Part shown: in pieces, positions 8,779 through 17,968 of the stretch
Position numbering within the stretch: the first letter of the stretch is position 1
How the letters are laid out: each line of letters begins with the position of its first letter
Origin: a plasmid
Reading direction: 5' to 3' (one strand)
Length of the DNA stretch: 64,000 nt
Sequence record: NZ_CP092111.1
The notes under the pieces: generated by a model
Seen by the model: the letters and a program-made list of their open reading frames with translations, nothing else
Told to the model about the DNA's origin: nothing
Database searches by the model: none
Position numbers and translations under genes: made by a program

Positions 8779-8970
8779 GAGCAATTCCTCATGATAACAT
8801 AAAGGAGAATCGGACAGTCGAAAGGCAGCCGTTTTTCTTAGCCATAGGTCGCTTGCTGCGGGCGCCAGTTAAATGATTGAGAAACCTGGACATAATTAGA
8901 GGAGTTTGCACTTAGCAAGGCCTAAGATTGAATGACAGCCTTTGGGCTGGACCTTGAAAGGAGGTGGTTA

Positions 8971-9355
8971 TTTGCGTATCTCCAGTGAAATTTATGTAGG
9001 TGAACCTAAAATACCGATATGGGTTAAATTCGTTATTATTTGGAATATCATTATGATTACAGTTGGCGTGATTGTATATCAGATTGCACCTTTTAATCTT
9101 GGCCGATATATTCTGATCTATATTCTTCTTTGGTGGTTTACTGGGTTCCCATTTGTCGCTGAAAAATTTATGCATGGTTTCTCTAAAGAAGAAACACGCA
9201 TTGACTCGATGTATAAGAAGAAGCTGATTAAACGTCATATCGGTGGTGAAGTTCTTTCATATGATCGGAAAGAAAAAACATATAAGGTACTAGACAGAGG
9301 GAAATTTCTGAAGGTGAAATATTATAAAGGACACTTGCTTGTGGAAGAAGATTAA
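8971..9355 (+). CDS. small membrane protein (~128 aa)
   Basis: TTG start after GAAAGGAGGTGG. Three predicted TM helices. Confidence 0.45.
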
Positions 9356-9412
9356 GTAAGGGTGATCCGTCGTCTTTCTTTGAATCAATTACTAATAACA
9401 AAGGAGAATATC

Positions 9413-9988
9413 ATGGAATTCACAATTTCAGAGCGTCCAAATAATATCTTTTACGGCGATATATGTAAGATTAACGGACAAGGTTGCCTGATCTTTGGTT
9501 TTGGCAAGTCAAAGGCTGCCCAAATAGCTTCCTCCGACAATATGATTGCTTATGATATGGCATGTCTTACAAAAGATGATGAGGGAACTTTATATGGTCA
9601 CTTTGAAACCGAAATTCGAGCCAAAGGAATTAGTGATCCAATAAAAGAAAGAATTGAGATTAAACACTTTTTAAGAATGCTTGATCAGGAAGAAACAAAC
9701 AAATTGCTTTGGATCAACCCTCATTTAAAGGAACTTGATAGACTAATTGAAATACCTTATGAGAACTTCATTGAAATTTCTCAATTCAATATTACTTTTA
9801 CAGCCCCAGCTGATTTTCCATTTAGACCCGAAGGATTGCCTGAAATTGAAAGAGATCCTCAAAAGAGAATAGAACACTTTATCAAGCTGTCAAAGGATTC
9901 AAATGTCCGTACTTTTGTGGTACCGTGGAGAGAAACTGTTGAGGAAAAAGCTGTAATGATTAAAGAGGCTTTTGGTTTGCAGCCTTAA
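9413..9988 (+). CDS. hypothetical protein (191 aa)
   Basis: RBS AAAGGAGAA 6 nt upstream of the ATG at 9413. Confidence 0.45.
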   Translation: MEFTISERPNNIFYGDICKINGQGCLIFGFGKSKAAQIASSDNMIAYDMACLTKDDEGTLYGHFETEIRAKGISDPIKERIEIKHFLRMLDQEETNKLLWINPHLKELDRLIEIPYENFIEISQFNITFTAPADFPFRPEGLPEIERDPQKRIEHFIKLSKDSNVRTFVVPWRETVEEKAVMIKEAFGLQP

Positions 9989-10074
9989 AGGATTGGAGGG
10001 ATTCTGTCGCTTGTCCAAAAAAAGTAAGAACGCCCCAGACTCCGACATCTAGGCGTTCCTACCGTTGATTGGAA

Positions 10075-10190
10075 TAAAAGCCGACTCCCTTACAGGAGCT
10101 ATTCTATTGCCGATCGGAGATGTTAGCAGCATCTTCGATCTTTTTGTATTACAGTATACTCTTATTGTATCAACGAACCTTTAAGCATGT
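10075..10190. repeat. Left arm of long inverted repeat bounding the hfq cassette
   Basis: AAAGCCGACTCCCTTACAGGAGCTATTCTATTGCCGATCGGAGATGTTAGCAGCATCTTCGATCTTTTT...TTGTATCAACGAA is the reverse complement (≈90 % identity) of 11575-11745. Confidence 0.7.
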
Positions 10191-10318
10191 CTATATTTAT
10201 TACAGGTGTTTTCTGCTGATTGATGAGAAAATGCTGTACGTTCATAGCCGTCTATGGAAGCGTGGTAGGAGTTGATTTCCTTAGAAATGTGTTACTATCT
10301 TGGGTGAAGGTGAGGATT

Positions 10319-10753
10319 ATGAAACAAGTAAATTTATATATAAGGACTCATCAAGTAAGGAATTTAGAAAATGTAAGAATAAAATACATAGGCTGTCTGT
10401 TACTAGAATATAAGGGGAAACGTAAGTACGTGTTCATTGATAATGTGGGGGAACGTGATCAAAGGGCTTCAATGTTGAGGTTGGTATGTAGTGGACTGAA
10501 AATGTTGAAAGAACCTTGTGAGATACTGGTTTTGACGCTAAATGATATTGAAAAGAAGTGGAAGAAATATAGTGACTTATGGAATGAAGTAAATGAGCGT
10601 GTAGTTGCTGGAGGGCATGATTTAAGTTTTAAGGTCTGTAAAAATTCTGATGAGGATACAGGAGAAGTATTCAAAATATTTAAGAGTAAGTTAGATCGTT
10701 ATAAGAGGTCATATAAAAACAGGCTCAAGCTTCATTTGATGCATAGCAAATAA
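10319..10753 (+). CDS. hypothetical protein (~144 aa)
   Basis: ATG at 10319 (MKQVNLY...) after GGTGAAGGTGAGG. Lies inside the IR-bounded cassette. Confidence 0.4.
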   Translation: MKQVNLYIRTHQVRNLENVRIKYIGCLLLEYKGKRKYVFIDNVGERDQRASMLRLVCSGLKMLKEPCEILVLTLNDIEKKWKKYSDLWNEVNERVVAGGHDLSFKVCKNSDEDTGEVFKIFKSKLDRYKRSYKNRLKLHLMHSK

Positions 10754-10852
10754 ATTCTATGTTAAGATAAAAAAAACAAAAGAGTTAAGTTTTCCATGGA
10801 AGAAGAGATGTTTTTTCATCTTGCCGATTCTATTTTTTTGTGAGGTGATTTT

Positions 10853-11104
10853 ATGGCGACTGCAGAAAGGCAAGCAAAGCAATCAGAAGTAAAAAAGAAA
10901 CCTTCTCAACATAGTGTTCAGAATCAATATTTACAAAGGCATGTGGGTCATACGCTTGTATGCTTGTTAAATTCTAAAACTAAAGTGAAAGGAAAGCTTC
11001 TGGAATATGATACATACACACTGTTACTGGAAACGCCAGAAGGTGAAGAGTTTTTAGTGTTTAAACACCATATTGAGCTTATTAAAAAGATCAAGGCGGA
11101 ATAA
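10853..11104 (+). CDS. hfq: Hfq-like Sm-fold RNA chaperone paralog (83 aa, with ~25-aa N-terminal extension)
   Basis: QNQYLQRHVGHTLVCLLNSKTKVKGKLLEYDTYTLLLETPEGEEFLVFKHHIELIK matches the Hfq Sm1/Sm2 pattern (N..L......V.vfLlNG..l.G.i..fD.ft.lLe.....q.lvyKHaIs). Confidence 0.7.
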   Translation: MATAERQAKQSEVKKKPSQHSVQNQYLQRHVGHTLVCLLNSKTKVKGKLLEYDTYTLLLETPEGEEFLVFKHHIELIKKIKAE

Positions 11105-11450
11105 AAGCCGTTTTTTTATAGTTAGTAAATGGCTCTCCGCGGGCGACAGCTCCAGGAGTCTGCCGGTGGCCACCGGCCATCGATGAAAAAACGCCAGGCG
11201 TTCACGGTCCGCCTTGTGGAAGCGTGGCAGCTGAATATGAAGAACAGCCGGCTTTTTTTGTGGCCAGGAAGGGCTCTCTTCGGGCGACAGTTGCAGGAAT
11301 TCCGCCGGTGCCCCCGGTGATCGATGAGAAAACGCGGGGCGTTTACGGTTGCCTGCGAAGTTCAGCAGCTGAAGGTGAAAGGAAGACGGGAATACCCCGC
11401 TAGAGGCCGCCGCCAGTAAGGAAAGACCCCTGCCTCACATGAGACAGGGG
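11105..11450. repeat. GC-rich composite hairpin repeat locus (B-type), ~1.5 units
   Basis: GATGAAAAAACGCCAGGCGTTCACGG...GCCGGCTTTTTTTGTGGCCAGGAAGG..., ~65 % GC. Confidence 0.7.
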
Positions 11451-11574
11451 TCTTAAATTTCCTCAGCCGGCTGGTTTTTAGGTTCCTCGTTTTGTTCTTC
11501 TATTGGTACACTTTTTGGGGTGATTTTTGGAACATCAAATACGTCTAGCTTCTGGACATGCTGTGATTTTGTTG

Positions 11575-11745
11575 ATACAATCAATGTGTAAATGAATACA
11601 ATGTATGTAAATGAATACAATGTATGTAAATGAGTATAATGTATACAAAAGAGACTATAATAAAGAAAAAGATCGAAGATGCGGCTAACATCTCCGATCG
11701 GCAATAGGAGGCTCCGGTAAGGGAGTTCGGCTTTTTCCAAAGTTT
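11575..11745. repeat. Right arm of long inverted repeat, including a 3x tandem 20-bp repeat (AATGAATACAATGTATGTAA)
   Basis: The reverse complement matches 10075-10190. The internal 20-mer x3 lies at 11583-11645. Confidence 0.7.
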
Positions 11746-11934
11746 AATTTAAAGTGAGAACGTCATGATTGGTAGTCGGGGCGTCTTACTTTTTTTGTTC
11801 GAGAAACTATGGGCAAGCGTCAAAATCCCAACAATCAGGATTCCAAATTGAAACATCAATCCAAGTGCGCTTTCTACTGCCATATTCTCACTTCCCCTCT
11901 TTCTGGAGGTGACTCCTATCCTTTTAGGTGGGGG

Positions 11935-12300
11935 TTATCAATGCTCGCCAGATGAAGGAACTGACGGCGCCCTTGGCGATTGATGAGAAAACACTAGGCG
12001 TTCAGGGCCTGCCTGCAGAAGAGAACAGCTGAATGTGAACGAGAGCCGGTGCCCGTTGAAGGGCAGCCGGCTTTTTTATGGCCAAGAACGCCCTGCCGCG
12101 GTCGCCTGCTGAAGGAATCTGCCGGTGCCCCCGGTGATCGATGAGAAAACGCGGGGGGGTCAAAGTCCGTCTGTAGAAGCGAATAGCTGAATATGAACGA
12201 GAGCCGGTGCCCGCTGGAGGGCAGCCGGCTTTTTTGTGGCCAGGAACGCCTCGCCGTGGTCGCCAGCAGCCAGAAATCTGCTCGGTATATGCGTGTCAAT
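11935..12300. repeat. GC-rich composite hairpin repeat locus (B-type), ~1.7 units
   Basis: GATGAGAAAACACTAGGCGTTCAGGG...GCCGGCTTTTTTATGGCCAAGAACG... repeated twice. Confidence 0.7.
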
Positions 12301-12458
12301 AGGTGCGGGGGTGACTCACATCGCTTGCCCCGTATCTATTGGATAAGTCGACTAATCATAATGTTTGTAAAAAAAGAGCGAATGACGGGGATTCACCTTT
12401 GATAATGTCAACTGAAAATAAAAGGTAAAGTGTCTTTACCATTGAATTATAAAATGAG

Positions 12459-13025
12459 GTGATGAACGCAATGATAAACGATAAGGAACATATGAATGAG
12501 TACGGCTATTTTGCTAAGGATGTTGCAGCCGATTTGAGTGTGACATCTTCAACACTAAGGCGGTGGTCCCTGGAGTTAGAGAAGCATGGATATGTATTTG
12601 AAAGAAATGAAAAGGAGCAGAGGATTTATTTTGAACGCGATTTTAAAACGTTCAGAGAACTTAAAAGACTTTTATCAAACTCTGTCCCGTTTGTAGACGC
12701 AATAAAAGCTGTTGCAGTAACCAAAACTGACGAGACAAACGCGTCAAGAACGCAAGGCGTTTTTTTCGATAGGCGTTTATCAGAGCAACAATTTAGAGAG
12801 ATTATAAACGAAGAAGTAAAGGCAGCTATGGCGGAAGAGAGAGAAATGATGTTTCGAGCATTTGAAAAGAAGTTAGATAACATTATCGAACGTCGGGACC
12901 GTTCCCTAATGCATGAGATTCGAAAAAATAGAGAAAGGCAGCTTCTTGAAACGGCAGCTACTGTGGAGACTCCAAGTAAGTCTGCAGAGAAAAAGTCTTT
13001 TTGGAGGCGTATATTTTACAAATAA
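12459..13025 (+). CDS. MerR-like N-terminal HTH protein with coiled-coil C-terminus (paralog A)
   Basis: YGYFAKDVAADLSVTSSTLRRWSLELEKHGYVFERN resembles a MerR-family HTH. Paralog at 15139-15699 (~55 % identity). Confidence 0.55.
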   Translation: MMNAMINDKEHMNEYGYFAKDVAADLSVTSSTLRRWSLELEKHGYVFERNEKEQRIYFERDFKTFRELKRLLSNSVPFVDAIKAVAVTKTDETNASRTQGVFFDRRLSEQQFREIINEEVKAAMAEEREMMFRAFEKKLDNIIERRDRSLMHEIRKNRERQLLETAATVETPSKSAEKKSFWRRIFYK

Positions 13026-13044
13026 GAGTATGGTCAAGAAAAAA

Positions 13045-13066
13045 AGCCCCAGAGGGCTTTTAATCT
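13045..13066. terminator. bidirectional terminator between convergent genes
   Basis: AAAAAAAGCCC-CAGA-GGGCTTTT. Confidence 0.45.
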
Positions 13067-13254
13067 TCAGTGAAATTTTTAGATGAGAATGCTTGCCCGA
13101 ATTGTGGCAACTTCTTTTTGGGTGATTTCTTTTGATTCTTTGTTGTTTTTGATGATTTTTTATTTACTTGGTTATCAGTTGTTTTAGTTTTTGGAGAGGA
13201 AGACTCCATACCAGCATTTTTTACGTATTCATGCAGTACGTGGCGTACAAAGCC

Positions 13255-14283
13255 TCATTCAAATACTAAAGACTTTGCGGTTTGAACGAGGCTGCTTATC
13301 CCTCTACTATCTGTCAAAGTGAATGGTTTTTCATACTTTTTTGCAAATTCTTTTGCTTTTTCTGCTGTGGGATGATTGATGTTTAATTTCATAGTGATTA
13401 ACATGTCACAACTTTTAACCATACTTTCAAGCCGTTTGGTATTTTCATTGCCGTAAGCATGGATAAGCACTCCTCCGACACTCGTTATTGCTTTTTCAAA
13501 TTCACTCGTTCTGGTACCACCTAACACTAGTACCTTTTTTCCGTTCAATTCATTTGTTATTGTGGTATCTAATTTAGGATTTTTAGTTTTATAATGGGAA
13601 GAAGGAGAAGGTGGAGCATGTTTGATTTCATCCGTATTATGTTTCCATATCACTTTGAACACATCTACATTGTCACTGTAATAAGCTATATCAACAACTG
13701 AACCGATCTCAAGATCCTCCCTTGTTCTTGTATCGTCATTGATAAGAAAAGTATGTGGTGCATCATTATATTTTATGGATTTGATTTTTCCATCGTTATC
13801 TAAGTATTCAGAGGCAACTAGCATAGAATCGCGATTTGATAGAACACAATAATTTAATTGAATTCGGTTTGTTTGCTTGCGTTTTTTGGCCTTTTCTATT
13901 AACTCAAAATAAAATTTTTCGTTTCCTAAATGGACTGCTGAAATTAAATCTCCATCTTCAAATTGTTGTTTTCGTATAATGTTTTCGGGAACATATAAAT
14001 TAATCTCTTCTATAATTCCTCCTTTTAAAAGTCTTTTAAATTCATAACAATTTATCTGTTTTGCTTTTTCGTCTGTCTCTTCTAGTTGAATATGTTCCAC
14101 ATCATTTTTTGAGCATGGTTCTAATTCATGTGAAACCGATACTTTTAAAGCAGCTAAGCTCTTAATAAAATGAAAATAGGTGGATAATTCACCTTCAATT
14201 TCTTCCACGTTGTCCAGTGTCAGTTTTTGAATTATCTTTCCCATCTCACAAACGGCTTCCTGAGCTATATTTTGTCTGTTCAT
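13255..14283 (-). CDS. paralog-family protein (342 aa) with conserved C-terminal ~100-aa domain (GG..T..FEKAI..GG.LIHAYGNE...LESM...CDMLITMKLNINHPT); unknown function
   Basis: Full-length copy. Two further copies are cut by the window edges (1-151 and 63482-64000). RBS on the - strand. Confidence 0.6.
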   Translation of the reverse strand: MNRQNIAQEAVCEMGKIIQKLTLDNVEEIEGELSTYFHFIKSLAALKVSVSHELEPCSKNDVEHIQLEETDEKAKQINCYEFKRLLKGGIIEEINLYVPENIIRKQQFEDGDLISAVHLGNEKFYFELIEKAKKRKQTNRIQLNYCVLSNRDSMLVASEYLDNDGKIKSIKYNDAPHTFLINDDTRTREDLEIGSVVDIAYYSDNVDVFKVIWKHNTDEIKHAPPSPSSHYKTKNPKLDTTITNELNGKKVLVLGGTRTSEFEKAITSVGGVLIHAYGNENTKRLESMVKSCDMLITMKLNINHPTAEKAKEFAKKYEKPFTLTDSRGISSLVQTAKSLVFE

Positions 14284-14491
14284 GGCTATCCCCTCTCTTT
14301 AATTTAATAACTTCACTTTAAGAATACAGTATCTACATGAGATATGATACTTCATAAATGAAGAGAAGCCCTTGATAAAGGGCAATGAATCTTTAATGAA
14401 TAAGGTCGTGATAAATGATAAAAATAATTATATAATTGAACTGCACACAATCATGGCCAATGGTGGTCAGACCTTTGGCCATATAGAATAC

Positions 14492-14686
14492 TTATCTTTT
14501 TTTAAAGGAAAAACTGATTTTGAACTCAGTTTCTCCTTTTTTTATTTGTTTTAATGTCTGTGCTAAGTATAAAAGCATTACTAAAAACAAAAGGATAAAC
14601 ACAGCCCACCAGGGCATATCTGATACTCTAGATAACAGCGATTCTATGAAAATTTGAAAACCATTGAACATTTCTTCACCTCCCAT
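14492..14686 (-). CDS. small membrane protein (64 aa)
   Basis: Strong RBS GGGAGGTGAAG 5 nt before the ATG (- strand). One TM segment WWAVFILLFLVMLLYLA. Confidence 0.4.
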   Translation of the reverse strand: MGGEEMFNGFQIFIESLLSRVSDMPWWAVFILLFLVMLLYLAQTLKQIKKGETEFKISFSFKKR

Positions 14687-15138
14687 AATATTATTATATT
14701 GGTTTTTGAGAAATTCAAAAAAAGAAACCGTTTACTTCCGGATGGGGAAATGTATTTATTTTGAAATAGTCAACTGGTAGTATATATTACAGGGGGGGTG
14801 ATTTGGGGGTGACGAAAGGGGCCTCGAAAGATAAGAATAGATTTACTGAATGGAAAAGCTCTTTTTGCCTATTTATTTTCCTTTTAGACTTAAAGAAGCT
14901 TCCTCTTCCTTCAGAAGCTTTAAATTGGGAGTTGAATAAGCTGAGAACTGAAATCCGTTTGATGCTTGAAAAACATAACGAAATATCAAATGAAAATTAA
15001 GGTGTTTGGTGTGATTAATTTAAAAAAGGGCCATACAGCCGAAGTTAAGATATTTAGTCTTTGGCCCGCTCTTATTTTGGTAAGGAAAGGGTCAAGAAGG
15101 GTTTTATAAGGTGTGAGTGTTCTGAAGAAAAGGGTGAA

Positions 15139-15699
15139 CTAAGTTTTTGAAAATAAACGTTTCCAAAAACCGGATCTTTTTTTAGAATCGACGGCAGCTG
15201 CTATTTCAGGTTTTTTCTGTGCTCTATTTTCTTGGATTGCCTTTAATAATTGGCGATCTCTTCTTTCAATTTCATTATTCATTTTGGATTCTAAGATCGT
15301 AAGAAATGTTTCTCTTTCCTCTTCTAATGCTGTTTTCAACTGTTCGCTAATCAGTTGTCTTAGCTCATTGCTAGAAAGGACAATATGTTTTTCATTGCTA
15401 TCATGTAACTCAGTGGAGTTATAGTGTTGCTCCTTTTTGGCGACTGTACTCCTAACAGCATTATTAAGTGGCACTGACGATGATAGGAGTTGCTGAAGTG
15501 ATTTTAAACAGTTAATATCATTTTGAAAATATATTCGTTGATCCTGGTCGTTCCGTGTAAAAGTGTAGCCGGCCTTTTCCATTTCAATGGACCATCTTCT
15601 AAGTGTAGAGGGTGTTATTTTTAATTTATGTGCCACGTCTTTTGAAAAAAAGCCATATTCTCCTCTATGATTAGTTTCACTTGACATAAAATAAATCAC
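15139..15699 (-). CDS. MerR-like N-terminal HTH protein (paralog B)
   Basis: YGFFSKDVAHKLKITPSTLRRWSIEMEKAGYTFTRN. Paralog of 12459-13025. Confidence 0.55.
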   Translation of the reverse strand: MIYFMSSETNHRGEYGFFSKDVAHKLKITPSTLRRWSIEMEKAGYTFTRNDQDQRIYFQNDINCLKSLQQLLSSSVPLNNAVRSTVAKKEQHYNSTELHDSNEKHIVLSSNELRQLISEQLKTALEEERETFLTILESKMNNEIERRDRQLLKAIQENRAQKKPEIAAAVDSKKRSGFWKRLFSKT

Positions 15700-15764
15700 C
15701 TCATTTATCTATTCAACCTTATTTTTACTATCCCTTTAAATCCTAATAAAATAGACATATTTGA

Positions 15765-16565
15765 GTGGTACTCCAAAAGAAAACGCCCCCCGTTTACGGG
15801 GCGATCGGGAAAGCACTGGCAGCGCCGCGCCATGAAATCTCTGCGGCTCATTGAAGCTGCGGGGCAGCCGGATTCCGGAGCCGGCCAGGCGCTGGCTTTT
15901 TTGTGGGCAGGGCAGGCAACGGGCTGCCCTGGCTGCAGCTGAAGGAGATCCGCGGCTGTCGGTTCCGATGTGGCGCCGGCAGGAGAGCATCTAAGGCGAG
16001 AACGCCCCGCGTTTACGAAGCGATCGGGAATGTACCGGCAGCGCCGCGCCGTGAAATCTCCGCGGCTCATTGAAGCTGCGGGGCAACCGGATTCCGGAGC
16101 CGGCCAGGCGCTGGCTTTTTTGTGGGCAGGGCAGGCAACGGGCCGCTCTGGCTGCAGCTGAAGGAGATCCGCGGCTGTCGGTTCCGATGTGGCGCCGGCA
16201 GGAGAGCATCTAAGGCGAGAACGCCCCGCGTTTACGAAGCGATCGGGAATGTACCGGCAGCGCCGCGTCGTGAAATCTCCGCGGCTCATCAAAGCTGCGG
16301 GCAACCGGATTCGGGAACCGCCCAGGCGCCGACAGGAGAGCATCTGAAGGCGAAAACACCCCGCGTTTACGGAGCGATCAGGGCTGCATCAGAGCGCGCC
16401 GCGCCGTAAAATCTCCGCGGCTCATTGAAGCTGCGGGGCAGCCGGATTCCGGAGCCGGCCAGGCACTGGCTTTTTTGTGGGCAGGGCAGGCAACGGGCTG
16501 CCCTGGCTGCGGCTGAAGGAGATCCGCGGCCGTCGGTCCTGATACGGCGCCGGCAGGACGGGATT
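15765..16565. repeat. GC-rich composite hairpin repeat locus (A-type), ~3.7 tandem units of ~215 bp
   Basis: Unit = GAAAACGCCCCGCGTTTACGGGGCGATCGGGAA...CCGGAGCCGGCCAGGCGCTGGCTTTTTTGTGGGCAGGGCAGGCAACGGGC(C/T)GCCCTGGCTGCAGCTGAAGGAGATCCGCGG. Unit starts at ~15781, 16001, 16216, 16349. Confidence 0.8.
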
Positions 16566-16675
16566 AGCCGTCAATTGCATAAAATAAAATATAGACCAGC
16601 AGAAAAAGAGCATATTTAAACCCAATATGCTCTAGTGCTGAACGGAATATAAGTCATCTATAAAGGAGGGATGTA

Positions 16676-17431
16676 TTACCGTTTAACTAAGGTTTCATTA
16701 CAGTCTCCGCACACAATGTTGACATTTTCCTTATATGAAATAACTCTTATTTCGCAATTAGGACACAACCATTTATGGGATTTAGATTTTGTTTTCAAAA
16801 GAGCCGGTTGCTGCTCTGATGATTCGCAGATCTGTGCTGCTTGTTCAGGCGTTTTTCCATCTGCTAATAACTGAAAATACATATAGCCGCGTTTTGATAT
16901 AGAAAAGATTTTTTGATTGATATCCATTTTTGATATACACTCTTTCAAAGCCGGGCCTATACGTGCGAAGGTCCAACCCATTCTTGGATGCGGCCTGTTG
17001 TCTGAATATTCGAACCCTAATTCAAGTACCTTATCTCTAAATATTTTGTTGTGATATTCCCCTTTTCGGCTAGTGTCTTTAATGCCTTTTACTTTGTGGT
17101 ATAAGTGAACCATTTCATGAAGCAAGGTATCCATGGTTTCAAAGAAATCTAAGTCTAGAAATTCAGCAGCCAAATTCAATTCATACATTTGGTGTTTTCC
17201 ATCTTTTGTTCCCCAGTTAGGTACCGTGGAACACCATCCCATTGCATTTCTGTTATTCTTGTTTGTTTGGATTGTAATAGCTGGAACAGGAAGTATTCCA
17301 GCAAAAAAATGATTGTTGAATATATCAAAGGCTTTATGTAGTTCAGAGGTGACGTCTTCAATTGTTATTAGCTGATCTGAGGGCGATACTTCGTTCATAA
17401 AGAAAACTTCTCCCCTTTCTTTTGAGAGCAA
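16676..17431 (-). CDS. SprT-like zinc metalloprotease-domain protein with C-terminal Zn-ribbon
   Basis: HEMVHLYH (HExxH) plus C-terminal CPNCEIRV...CGDCNETL. The true start may be the internal ATG at 17398. Confidence 0.6.
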   Translation of the reverse strand: MLSKERGEVFFMNEVSPSDQLITIEDVTSELHKAFDIFNNHFFAGILPVPAITIQTNKNNRNAMGWCSTVPNWGTKDGKHQMYELNLAAEFLDLDFFETMDTLLHEMVHLYHKVKGIKDTSRKGEYHNKIFRDKVLELGFEYSDNRPHPRMGWTFARIGPALKECISKMDINQKIFSISKRGYMYFQLLADGKTPEQAAQICESSEQQPALLKTKSKSHKWLCPNCEIRVISYKENVNIVCGDCNETLVKR

Positions 17432-17537
17432 GGTCTCAAAATTTTGGAATAAAATAGGGTGTTACTGAGGGCGATTGTAGTGCAATTATCTTTTCCTTTT
17501 ACGTATATCCAGTTTAGAGTGGCTTATTTCTTTTGTA

Positions 17538-17566
17538 TAAAAAGCCTCTTCCATAGAGGCTTTTTA
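17538..17566 (-). terminator. rho-independent terminator downstream of the actin-like partition operon
   Basis: AAAAAGCCTCT-tccat-AGAGGCTTTTT. Confidence 0.6.
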
Positions 17567-17574
17567 TACATTGA

Positions 17575-17964
17575 TTAAAAATCATTAGGATCTACTGCAT
17601 TATCATAATCTAGTTCTGGAACGTCATCTTCATCAATATTGAGGTTAGATACAGTTTTCTTCGGTGTTTCCATTTCTTGTGTTCCAGTCGGTGTTTCTTC
17701 AGCTTGCGATCCGATGTTGGAATTAAAATTCAAGCTTGGTAAATCTCCATGTAGTAAGCGTTCTGTATCTAGCGTGATTTTTTTTCTGATTTCATAAGAT
17801 GTAATATCAGCTTCAGAACCGAAGCGATCAATGAAAGCCCTTATCATTAAAGTCAAGGATTCGGCGATATTGGATTGACTCTCTAACCACTCATTTACAG
17901 GTTCTCGATCCTCTTCTTTTATTCGATACAGATAACTTTTCCGCGGCTCTTTCTCTTTTCCCAT
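17575..17964 (-). CDS. small DNA-binding adaptor of the actin-like partition system (Alp7R/ParR-like)
   Basis: 129-aa charged protein directly downstream of the actin-like ATPase in the same operon. Call is by position. Confidence 0.5.
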   Translation of the reverse strand: MGKEKEPRKSYLYRIKEEDREPVNEWLESQSNIAESLTLMIRAFIDRFGSEADITSYEIRKKITLDTERLLHGDLPSLNFNSNIGSQAEETPTGTQEMETPKKTVSNLNIDEDDVPELDYDNAVDPNDF

Positions 17965-17968
17965 AGGA

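Noticed and set aside
11453-11740. 95-aa ORF on the - strand
   Set aside because: It is encoded by the right inverted-repeat arm and the 20-bp tandem repeats. There is no RBS, and the equivalent left arm has no ORF.
14803-15000. 65-aa ORF with a weak resemblance to Spo0E-like phosphatases (…LNKLRTEIRLMLEKHNE…)
   Set aside because: The similarity is too short and imprecise to support from sequence alone, and the N-terminal half is hydrophobic and unlike the Spo0E family.
15705-16343. Long ORFs (212 aa and others of 60-300 aa at 15736-16625, 36403-37089, 46041-47683, 53200-55246, 60855-61743, 62474-63397) running through the GC-rich repeats, with R/P/A-rich repetitive translations
   Set aside because: They are artefacts of high GC and absent stop codons in repeat DNA. 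Frames differ between otherwise homologous units, there are no RBSs, and the composition is unlike every credible gene in the window.
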